Source of the DNA: Trichoplax adhaerens
Taxonomy: Eukaryota; Animalia; Placozoa
Length of the DNA: 64,000 nucleotides
Direction of reading: 5' to 3'
Assembly: GCF_000150275.1 (NCBI RefSeq)
Contig: NW_002060954.1
Coordinates: forward strand, 1-64,000
The notes beneath the pieces were generated by a model, which was not told where the DNA came from, did not search any database, and saw only the letters and a program-made list of their open reading frames with translations. Positions 24,830 to 36,653 of the stretch are shown here, piece by piece (position 1 is the first letter of the stretch; each line of letters opens with the position of its first letter). A program made the translations under genes and the position numbers.

Positions 24830-27409
24830 ATGGCTACAGAAATAGATAAATGGATCGAGATCTCGCGGGATTGTAAATATCTCCCGGAAAATGATTTGAA
24901 GGTAATAAATCACTGATTAATTACAGTACAATCATAATCTAGATCAACTTGATCCCATAGCTTTTATTGCTTTATTAAAATTTGTTGGAATATTTTCGAT
25001 AATTTACACGTACTGTAATAAACGCTAGTAACAAAGGTACTGTACTGTACAGTCACAGACTATGGACACTGTATGATACCCGGTACTGTACTGTACATTT
25101 ATTTTTTTTTTTTAAATTGCGTTGCCTCACCTTAATAATAAAAGCAGTACGAGTATAATACGTCCTAAATCCTCAGATCACGCAAATATCATTGAATCAC
25201 TACAGTTATGACTTGTGAGTGAACTTTTACTTATATCTTATCATTAGCAACTTTATCGGTAACTTCTAAACGGCTGATGCTCTCACTGACATACTGTACA
25301 GTATACAGTGTACACGTACAGTACTTTTAAGTTTGTTCGGGTTAACTAATTATTGTCACCTGAAGTGAAATAGACTGTTATCTTATTTATTTGCTAATTG
25401 TAAGAATTTTTGTCATGAATACTTAGTAGCATATGATTTTATCTGCAGCATTCAAGTATTGATTCACCATAGCATACACTGGTGTCAAATGACATGCGGT
25501 AAAGTCTACTTATTCATTAATGAATTAATTATATTGTCGATTTAGAAATTGTGCGATTTAGTATGCGATCTGTTATTGGAAGAGTCAAATGTGCAACCTG
25601 TTTCTACACCAGTAACAGTTTGTGGTGACATTCATGGACAGGTAGATAACTGTAATTTCTCAAGCTCGTGTAAAAGTATATATCGCATTCGTTGTTTATC
25701 AAGTTACTTCAAATTTGTTGTAATACTGTTCCCATTAGTTTTACGATCTAGAAGAACTTTTTCGAACTGGAGGTCAGATTCCAGAGACAAGCTATATATT
25801 TATGGTAACTTTCAGAAAGACTATCTCATGTGATTTATAATTACAAAAATTGCAGCAAGATTGACACGAATTACAAACTATTTTGGTCTAAACGATTTAT
25901 TAAAATGTAGAAAATTTTCCAAGTACCAGATTATAACTTACCGCTACGGATTATTTAATATTCGAATAAACAATTTAGGGCGACTTTGTAGATCGCGGAT
26001 ACTACAGTCTGGAAACGTTTACACGACTTTTGGCCCTGAAGGCGAAGTAAAATTAAAATTATGTTATAGCATTTGTGTATGCTTGCTAATTAATGTAAAA
26101 TGTAATAAGCGTAAAGTATTGAAATAAGAGCAAATGATAAACTAATGTCATCTAATCTTTGTCTTGGTCTTTTTTATTACTTACATTAATTACGTAAGAT
26201 GGCCGGACAAGATTACCCTTCTACGCGGAAATCATGAAAGTAGACAAATAACTCAAGTGTATGGATTCTATGGTAAAAAAGCTAGTTTTAAGGATTACCA
26301 GTGCACAGCTTGCTCACTTATAGTTTCTAATCTGTTGCAGACGAATGCCAGAATAAGTATGGAAACGTTAACGCTTGGCGTTATTGCACTAGAGTATTTG
26401 ATTTGCTAACAATTGCAGCGGTAAGGCTAGATAACATAAACGACATTAGAGTGTTACCGTAGTAAACGAGCGACATCACGATTTGCTATTATTAATGAAG
26501 TTGCAATCAGCTATAATATTTCCAAACTTTCCTTAGATAATCGATGAACAAATTCTATGTGTTCATGGCGGATTATCCCCTGACATTAAAACTCTAGATC
26601 AAGTAAGATGCGTTCCTTAGTAACAATAACCAGTGGCGTTTTACAGTATATAGTTGACAAAGTTATTGAACTTATAGATTAGAACTATCGACAGGAATAT
26701 GGAAATACCACACAGCGGAGCATTTTGTGATATCCTTTTAAATAACTTTTTGTGTGAGATGTACTACAGTAAGACAGAACTCTAAAAACTCTCTTATGTA
26801 TAGCTGAAATTCAGTCTTTTGTTACATTGATGCCATATTCTACAGACCTCCTTAACTCTATGCAAATTTAGTATGGTCAGATCCTGAAGAAGTTGATACC
26901 TGGGCTGTAAGTCCTCGAGGCGCTGGATGGCTTTTCGGAGCCAAGGTTACTAATGAGGTATGTCTGAAGTCATAGAGATTGACTGTTAAATATTTTAAAC
27001 TACAAAACTATTCCAACTAGATGCTTGGAATATCTAGTAGAATATATACTTATAAATGTATTGTAAATTCAAATTCTTTGCTTTTGTAACTACTGTATGT
27101 TATTTTATCGATTTAGACGCTTTGCTTAGCTGACATTTTTTGCGTCTATGTATTTCTTAGTTCATCCATCTCAATAATCTAACTCTCATTTGCCGCGCTC
27201 ATCAACTGGTTCATGAAGGCTACAAATTTATGTTTGACGACAAACTCGTTACAGTCTGGTCGGCTCCAAATTATTGCTACAGATGCGGAAATATTGCTTC
27301 CATATTGACTTTTAGCGACGCTACGTCTTATCAACCTAAATTGTTTAGGGCGGTTCCAGATGAAAGCCGAATAATCCCGGCCCGAATAACCACTCCTTAC
27401 TTTTTATGA
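24830..27409 (+). CDS. PPP6C: Serine/threonine-protein phosphatase 6 catalytic subunit, 10 exons
   Basis: [24 protein letters not shown]; GDIHGQ, GDFVDRG, RGNHE, HGGLSP, WSDPE, SAPNYC; C-terminus RITTPYFL*. The N-terminus and motifs are typical of PP6. Confidence 0.96.
26730..26865 (+). other. U12-type (minor spliceosome) intron with AT-AA termini in PPP6C
   Basis: 5' splice site ATATCCTTT, branch site TCCTTAAC at 26849-26856, 3' end ...ATGCAA. Splicing restores GAFC-D-LVWSDP. Confidence 0.85.
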
Positions 27410-28025
27410 GTAGGACTTCTTGGCACTTTCTTTTGTCAAGTGATGTAACATTACCAATATAGAAGATTTAGATCATTGCAGACATTACTGAGAATAATCA
27501 ACTATTATCGCTTACTAAATTGAGTCAGCTATTATGAGAAACGTGTTAATTCTTAAATGTTAAGAACAAAGCTAAGTTCTATATCTTAGATCTAATATTA
27601 GTAATGAATGCAGGGCTTATATCAGGTCCGGATAAGTAATTAATCATGTCATTGTTTGCCAAACTTTGACATATTCACCCCTTTTTGCATTTATTTCTTA
27701 ACGATTAAGAAAATAAAAAAGCTGATGATCTTAACAAACTTACGGATCGTGTTAAAACTTTGCAGTATCATTCCGTGTGTAACTACAATTGACAGTAACG
27801 TTCCAAAACGTTAAAAATCTAGTTTTGCTTCTCTTCTGCTCTTCTTGAAATCTGAATCAAACTGAATTCTGTTATATTGATGCTAGATAAATGGATAATA
27901 CCACAATTTATACTAGAATTCATAGATTTCTGACATAGACTGGATGGTTATCACAGCGATAAAGACTGAGATAAATGTACACTACACACACAGTATTATT
28001 AATTACTACTACCTGGGACTACTCA

Positions 28026-28193
28026 AATAAGATTTCCTAGGTCGAAAAGCCCGGTAACTAAAAATTTCTCCCTTATACTGATAAAGGCATGGACAATTCA
28101 ACTAAGATTTCCCCTCCAAAAAAGCTAGTAACTAAGAATTTTCCCTTATAGTGAAAAAACTGCTGAACTAAGATTTTCCCCTCAAAAAAGCCC
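28026..28193. repeat. Degenerate A-B-A-B-A tandem repeat with core AACTAAGA(A)TTTTCCC
   Basis: Five copies of the core, alternately followed by CTC(C)AAAAAAGC-like and TTATA(C/G)TGA tails. Confidence 0.75.
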
Positions 28194-29313
28194 ACAATAT
28201 GCAGTTGCTTCATAAGTTGCTGTACAGTAATACAGTGTATGCTTAATTATTTCGTACTTTCAATATTAGTGCACTTCCTTGAAACAATAAAAAGTTAATT
28301 AAATTCTAAATTCTAATTTTAATCTGCCCGTATAATATATCCAAATTTATTTAATTTCATTCATTCCCGTTCCACACTGGTCTATGTCTACGTACAGAAT
28401 CATGTTATTATGTACAGCGTATTTATCTAATTTTATCTCAACCTGTTCTGTAAAAATTTGGAAGAATTTAAGTTACTGACAGGTTGACGAAGAAGCATGG
28501 ACTATAAAATTTTCACGCACATTGTTACTGTAGTATAGTAATACTATTAATAACATAAATGCAGGAAATACGCCTCCATCAATGGATCAGTAACTCATAT
28601 TTAGCAGTCTAGTTACTATCAACGGTCAATCGCATGTCATAGGTCTCCATTTTTTATTTTTATTTTACGCGCATAATACAGTACTATAAAGTTTATAGTG
28701 CTCATTATCACTTTTCAACAGTTCTTTTCTTTAAAACGGCTGTATTGACATCTTATTACCGTTCACATTGTAATGACAGCGGCCATTACCTATTGACGAT
28801 TGACTGTCCGTTCATTTTTATTCTGATAGTTGACATCACTACAGTCACCAATAAATGGCATTTCGTATCATATAGAGTTTATTAGTTAAAACATCTTCTA
28901 AGTTGTTTCAAGCCAGCTTTATCTTGTAGCTAAGAAAAGTAGCTATTCTAGCCTTTAAAAATTGAATTTCCTCAATTTAAGCCGTTAGCTACAGATCTGT
29001 ATAATCGATTCACTATAGAATGACAACTCTAGAATGTATCAGAAATCCGCCAATCAGCATTGCCATTACGTCATCATAACAATCCAGATAACCTCATGTA
29101 TTCAAATACCGAAATTTAATAAATATTTAAATAAGCTATGAAATTCTAATAATGGTTAAGCAACCATCATATTGCGACTGGCTCCATATGTTTATCTTAC
29201 CGTTATAAATATAATCAAATCATCTGGTATCAATCACTAAATCAGACTATTTCAATGGATTACCCATACATTGCAGCCAATTTTACTTCGATAAGATAAT
29301 AAATGTCTTCTTT

Positions 29314-31089
29314 ATGATGTCGATTCTGTATAGTTCTGTTGCAAGAGGCTCCACGATTCTTGTAAGTCATAAGAATGAAGAGAAGCGGCTAAGTAGGGAT
29401 TTTGAATCTGTAATCTTGAGTATTCTGAAAAATATTCCTAAGGAAAATGGAAAGTATAGCTATAATGCTGAAGCTGATAGGTGAAAGTAAAATCCTCAAA
29501 TTTTTTAGTCAATGTTTTCTTCTTATGATTGTCGATTACACTTGCTGAATTTTAAATTCATAATACAGTATTCATTACGACAAAGCGGCTACTGGCGGTC
29601 AAATATCAATTTCTTGTCTCCAAATCATATATGCCCAGACACTTCAGCTTATGGAATCATCTTAATTTTTTATCCTGACTTACAGTACGGCATTCCATGT
29701 TTTGGTTCATGATGAATTCACATATCTATGCCTGGCCATTGAAATGCTTTCACAAAGTATTGCGTATAATTTCCTAAACGAGGTAACTAATCCGCAATTA
29801 TTGTACCTTTATTGAGGAAATCTTTTAAAGTTGATTAAAACGGTATCATGTTAATGGTATTCATCAGATTTTTCTATTCGTACTTCTTAATGTTAACGTA
29901 GATAATGTACTGTTAGCGGCATATCGTTTGCTCATATTCATACTTTAACAGTTTACTGTGTTCTGTTTATAGATTCGAAATAGATTTCAGCCTGAACATT
30001 TTAGGAGACGCGCACTATCTGCAGGCCCAAATGGAATGAAACATATGTTTGGACATATTTTAGACAGTATAACAGTATGACACTAATTGAAGTCTTTTAT
30101 CCTGTACTCAGTAGATAGCGTTAGGTGTTTCATATTAATAAATTATTTAATTTAGCAAGAAAATTTTTACAGTTAAAATTAAAAGGATTGACACATATTT
30201 TTTACCAACTACTTACTATCGGATTTAATGTAGGGTCATTACAATGCAATTTACAAAAACGAGGCTGGAGATAATGTCGACGAGGTCTTCGATAAAATTG
30301 AGGAGGTAAAGGACGTTATGACGGAAAACGTAGGTACGCTAATCTGTCCATCAATTGCTTTCCTTCACGCTGCATGGCGACTCGTTCGGAATGGTAGCGT
30401 TACGCTGTAGATACTAATATGGAACTATTTATTAAAATTCGCATAATTAGGTAAAGTTCTAGAGCGAGGAGAATGTCTAGATGCGCTCTTGATTAGAGCA
30501 GATGGTATAAAGCAGGATGTAAGTATCAAATTATATTGTAGTGTAGTACGTGCAAACGGTATGAATGAATAGGTTGTCAGCTCCATTAAGTACATAATCC
30601 TCAGTAAATATGCCCCTTACATGACTGAATACAGTTTAAACTTATTACCTCTGAATTTCTGATTAAAACTAAGAAAGTGATTCATGCTACACTCGTATTT
30701 TCCTTTATCTGTTATGCCGTAAACATATACAGTGCATTACTGTATCAAGATATTTTGCTATAACAGTATAAGAATTACTGCGCAATTTTAAATATTTGAA
30801 CCAAAATTAGAATTTGCTAATGATGTAACTATTATTAACAAATATTTAGTACACCTACATTATAATAAATAATTTTGTCTTAATTTAAATTAAATAAATA
30901 ATAAATCATTTTAAGGTAGGAATTCATTTTAAATTGTTGCTCTTCTTTCAGTCACTAATGTTTCAACGGATTTCACATCACGTCCAACGGAGAGAATGTC
31001 ATCGAAATTATCGATTGTATATTTATGGCGGTCTAATACTATTCATTGTTATTGCGATCGTTATTATCATCGTTGTTATCGTTAGATGA
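29314..31089 (+). CDS. VAMP7: VAMP7-like longin R-SNARE, 6 exons
   Basis: Longin start MSILYSSVARGSTILVSH; FHVLVHDEFTYLCLA; SNARE motif KIEEVKDVMTENVGKVLERGECLDALL with the 0-layer Arg; C-terminal TM LYIYGGLILFIVIAIVIIIVVIVR*. Divergent, so it may be a paralog. Confidence 0.88.
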
Positions 31090-32252
31090 CTTAAGACGAC
31101 ACTAATTATAATCAAAGTGATTTGCAGTAATTTGACTACGGATGATCAATACCATTCGTAACGATGATTTGTCTTATCGCTACCTTATACTGTACAATAT
31201 TTACGGTGAACGTACAGTAGAGATATTAAGTAACATGCTCGTTTAAAACAAAATCACCATATATTCCTTTGTCCATACATCCATAATAAAATTTAAACTA
31301 TTCCTACAATCGCTACCATAGCATCTCGTTAAATTCCAACGCCACAATCGCACAAGTTTGGTCGGCACAATTGGTTAAGTATCCCCAATATCGATTGCTA
31401 ATTTGTTCACTGTTTCTTCAGATCTAGTATACGCGTATTTGTATTTAGCAGAAAACTTTAATAAAAAATTAACCTGTCCATGATTTCAAATTAGACACCT
31501 ATGATAAGTAATCATTATAAACAAAATTTATTTTTATTCATCATAAATTTCACTACACTAGAAAAGAATTATGGCAGCATAAACCTGCCTGCGCTACGCA
31601 AGATTTACAAAATCATGGGATTTTTTATGGTGCCGAATATTATATTATAATAGTTTCCACAATACTGTACAAAATTATCTGTAATTAATTTTTAAAAATT
31701 GATGCGTTAATAAATAAAGGCAACTGTACTATTTTATAAAAACAAACTTACAATTACAGCCATGTTCGATGCCCATTTAAAGTAGATGATCAGTTACAAT
31801 TAATTATTTAATCGCTAAAGCATTAATATACTCATTGAATGGCTAGATAATAATTATATAAAGTTGATGTTCTTTGCAGCATGCTAATATTTTAAGCATA
31901 TTCTGATCAAAAACATAGTACTATAGTATACATTAAACTTCATGACCCATACTCTAGTTGATTAACTGGTCTATTTTAATGGATCAATCATAATATGGCA
32001 AAAAATAACTTCAGCTGTTCATCAGATTTTCACAATAACTGCTTCACAAGGAATAGTTTGATTCATCTTGAAGGGTTGCTAATAAGGTCATCATGTTAAT
32101 TTAGCACCAAAGTGTACAAAATTCACTTGCATCATTACGAAAACTATCAGAAACATTGGCTTGTAATTATTTAATCCTATGGATTCATCCGGTAGTTGGA
32201 CACTTTAACATTAAAATACGCAAGCTTCTAGTCCTCCATCCATTTGAATTTG

Positions 32253-35200
32253 CTACAAATTATCGGATTTATGTTCGTCACTTTCAGCTGATTCTTTACG
32301 TTCTAAACGATAGAGCAGGTTAATGCCCATACTGGTACCTATAATTCCTAGTGCAAAATTTAAAATGATCAATAAGATATATGATACTGCATAGGATATA
32401 CATGCGTAACACATGTGATGTACACTATTTTCTGAAAAATCAATTTAACCTAGGATTCCTTACCATTTATGACAGGCTTTTGATGTGTTAAGCTCAAGCG
32501 CTTGTTATTAGTTCCGGGCGACTTAAGCTCACCGAAAGGCTGATAACAATAGCAATAATACAATTATCATTTCTTGAATTAATTTTATTGAACATATACA
32601 GTATTTACACACTATACAGTATTCCATATTGCTAATACAGAAATATACATCTCATATTTTAGTTATCTAATATAAGAAATCATGCTTTATTTACCTTAGT
32701 ACTGTGGGTAGAACTTGGCCTGGAATCGTGGGCTAAATGCTTACCGGAAACAAAAGATTTTCTCAATTCTTCAGTAGATTCGGATTTTACAGTTCCAAAA
32801 TCAGAATTCTTTGTATTTAGCTTGATACTAGATGTAGGAATATTATTTCTTTCAGTAATTTTTTCAATTGGAGGTAAAGCGACTGACTTCAGGTTCCTGA
32901 ATATGTAATTATACCACCGAATTAGCACCCTCATAACATCTGCTGGACTGTAAAAGTAATTAATGAATACCAAAATGCAGATACGGTAGAGTTTGTATCT
33001 TTGGAATTGGCTACGCTCGAAATGGAGTTGTTTGGAAGAACTGCTACGTGGCGGCTACCAGATCCTATATTATGATAATATTGTCCTACTTTATTACCGC
33101 GAATAATACCACTGATTGATACCGAACTAGATAAGACATTGCTGTTATTTGGCGGGGTTTTAGCTTGTTCAATGGGGGATAACTTTCTAGGAGGCTTTGC
33201 AGATGCTAGTCTGCTGACAGTTACAGGTGTATAACCCACACCGGTTTTGGTCTTGCCATTAGATATATTACTGTATTGACTTGAATCCGGACGATGCTGC
33301 ATAAAAAAATAAAAATACTGTATTGAATGTGATATTAATGCTACTGTATAGCATAAGCATTGAGTACCTGAAGCAAAGGCGTTCGTAGTCTTGCGTCATA
33401 AGCTCTATAGAGTAAACATACCATAGATTAGCTATTAGCTCTGTTAATTTTGCACTGCAATTACAATGGTGACAATTTCGGTAATGTGTGTGTACCGTTA
33501 CAAAATACTTACACTGCAGATGCAGTAGTTGCACGCCGTCTAGGTGCCAGAGATCGTATAGTCATCACTCCTTGTAGAGTTTCGTAATCAGTAGAAACAG
33601 AATTATTACTTAATGACATCGCAATTCCGGTTCTTAGGCGGCCCTAGTATAAAAACTCAAAGATCTTAATTTTTATGTTATCCCAAGGCACAGGTTACGC
33701 AATTTAACAATACCTGATGCATAGCGTGATTGTAGCTTTTCAACATTGGTGTCGCGGGTTCGTACCCAATACCTTCCGTGGCTACCAATTTCCCTAGGAA
33801 AGAAATTAGAATTTAACGCGGAAAGCGCTATAGAACCATTTATGTTATAAACAATATTTGCAATACTTTTCACAGATGAGTAACTATGGATACGCGATAC
33901 AGGTGTACAACCACCATTCTCGCTGCTACGTTCATGTAGTATACTGAAAAGATCTCTTAACCAAATTACTATGTCGCTCCAAATACAATTCATGATATGG
34001 CTAATGATAGAATCTTGTGCGCAAGCATCTGGCGTTACCGGAGGAATACCATGTCTACTGCGACGTAGTAACTCTTTCGCATCAGTTTCCCTACAAAATC
34101 AAGATATGAATTTAAAACTATGCCTATGATAAGCGATCATAGTTTAAAATCTTAATCATAATTGTTAATATTATTATTATTATTATTAGTAGTAGTAGTA
34201 GTTATACCAGCTATCATAGGCTAGGTATTCTTGCACTTCTCCATCACTTGCAAATATCTCTTGAATGATTCAATGAAAAAAGTAACATCGTTCGAAAATT
34301 AAAGGATTAGATTTTAACAGGCATTTATTATTCGTAAAATTTTATAGAATTTCCAACCTTGAGCATACCAGCAGATATTGCATTCCTACAAGTTCTTACC
34401 TGCACCGGAATTTATATTGATTTGCTCATCCCCAGATGCTAAATCGACATGATGGCCAAGCACATGTAAATCTCGCAGCTTAATTTTATTAAGGTCGACA
34501 TCTATATTTAAATTATCATCGGTTAATAACTCCTTCCCATTATCCACAACGTTCACATTACTGTTACTTGAACTTTCTATTAGTGTCGGCATTATTTGTT
34601 TTCCTGTCACCCTACCACGAATACATTTAAAACATGATACCATAATCTATCGCCTACACGTATTAATTATCAAGAAGCAGATAACGTTTGAAGCACTCCT
34701 TACCTAATATGAGGAAATGCTGTTTTCCAAGATTTGCATTCATTCCTTGAGTCCTCACTCACAATGTCTGCTTCCGGTATTTTTTTAATTTAAAATTTTT
34801 AGGAAAATTCAGATATTGGGACTGATTAACGTTCTCAACTACTGTAATATTTAATACTGTACCACGATTGAATAAGTAATTTTCATTTAAGCCTTTAAAA
34901 GTACTCTCTTCTACTTAAACTAACTACCTTCAAGAAAATCATTCGCATGTACGCTGTACAGTATTGCAAAATCTTATAACCTCGCAAAGCACGACTAAAT
35001 AATTTCTCTTATACGTATCCAAGAATTTAAAGTTTAGCTGCATGGAAGCAATAAATTCCAGTAGGAAAATGTCACTGTTTCGGACTAAACTCTTGATAAT
35101 TCATAATCTCACCTGCTTTACAAGCTGCTTCTCCATATAAAGAACTTTCAAAATCAGAGAATAGCTGTTGTACGGCACTAGCAGCGTCTTTTTCATATTC

Positions 35201-35747
35201 CTAAACAGATGATAAAACAAAGCGTAGTTTTACACACGCTTATTAAAGCAATGAAATGCCATAGTATTATTAAGATCGTACAAAAATGTTGGTAAGGAAG
35301 ATCTTTTACTTACATTGCTCCCCCATCCAACTGAATAGATGCTACTGCGAAAACTTCCAGTTACACTACACGCAGTTGCATCATTAACAAAAAATTCTCT
35401 TTCCTTTACAGGCTCGATCGAATCTAGGTGTTGAAGATGTTTAGAAGGCTTGACTTCATTTGGGAATGACTGCAGTTTACTAGAACTGAAGTGCGACACG
35501 CCACGTCTGTAGAGAAAATAATAAAATAGTATACGCGTAATATTAGTAATGAGTCTGTCGTAAACTAGCGACGCGAACATATCGTAAACAATATGACACA
35601 GTAATATAATCATAGTTATTTGTAAATAATTGCCGCAAGTTACATATGTCATGAAACTAAAAATGTCAACGGGTTTGGCTGTCGGTACAACTTGTACTAG
35701 TATGCATACATTTCTAGAGGTTCTTCTCTTTGATAAGTATAATCCAT
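32253..35747 (-). CDS. FAM149B1: FAM149 family protein (DUF3719; FAM149B1-like cilium assembly protein)
   Basis: MDYTYQREEPLEIRGVSHF; SVGWGSN/EYEKDAASAVQQLFSDFESSLY; ECKSWKTAFPHIR/VTGKQI; EIFASDGEVQEYLAYD; GIPPVTPDACAQDSIISHIMNCIWSDIV. These match FAM149 conserved blocks. The start and the low-complexity C-terminal exons are less certain. Confidence 0.82.
34170..34203. repeat. Compound microsatellite (ATT)n(AGT)n in a FAM149 intron
   Basis: attattattattattattagtagtagtagtagtt. Confidence 0.85.
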
Positions 35748-35973
35748 GTATACAAATCGGTATGAAGTTATTATTAAACTGTACAGCACACCATGAAATC
35801 AAGTCCTCAGATCTATTATCCAGTGTACGCATATGAAGTTCATAAATCATAATGATCGATGTATCTTTCGAAAAAAATTACTGTATTTTGCACCCGAATT
35901 TTTACTTTACTCTTTCACTACCATCGCTGCTACCATTACAATCGCTACCATAGTCCTTTTGATATAGGTGTTT

Positions 35974-36510
35974 ACTGTACAGTACAGTACTGTATTGTAC
36001 AGTACGGTACTGTAGTGCAGCAGTGCAGTACAGTACAGTACAGTACAGTACAGTAATCAACTATGTACAGTACTGTACTGTACTCCTAGAATAATGTACT
36101 GTACAGTATCATCGTTTAAGCTATTTACGCTGAGTATCTGAGTAATCGGGGACATTCGGGGTTACAGTATAACGGCTGGCCCTAATGTACAGTACAGTAC
36201 ATTGTACAGTACCGCATTTTCAGGTAAGGAACTGGTCACGCAACCGCACAAGTCATCAATTATTTAAAAAAAAATAATAATTTAATTTACTGTTAATTAA
36301 TTACAGAGTAAATTAGAACTCAATTACCATGGACTAGTACGGACTGTACCGTACTGTACTGTACTGTACCGTACTGTACTGTACTGTACAAAACTTTTAC
36401 AGTACTGTACAGTACTATACAGTACAGTACAGTACAGTACAGGTTCTTGGTAAATCTTGGGTAGTGTACAGTACAAGGTACTGTACGCTGTCTGCGCATT
36501 CCGTACTGTA
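35974..36510. promoter_or_regulatory. FAM149/PTPN13 bidirectional promoter region filled with TA-(CAG/CTG/CCG/CGG)-TA arrays
   Basis: The divergent ATGs are ~900 bp apart (35747 and 36654), with dense arrays between them. Promoter function is inferred from position. Confidence 0.75.
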
Positions 36511-36653
36511 AAAGAAAAAAGTTTCCGGTAAATAATACTGGACCGTGTTCATCGCTTTTACGTATTTCGGTTTGGTTTCGTTTGAAAACTTCAAAAATTT
36601 AGTTAACTGTAACGTCAGCTAGATGTTTTTAAATCCATTACCTTAAGGAAAAA

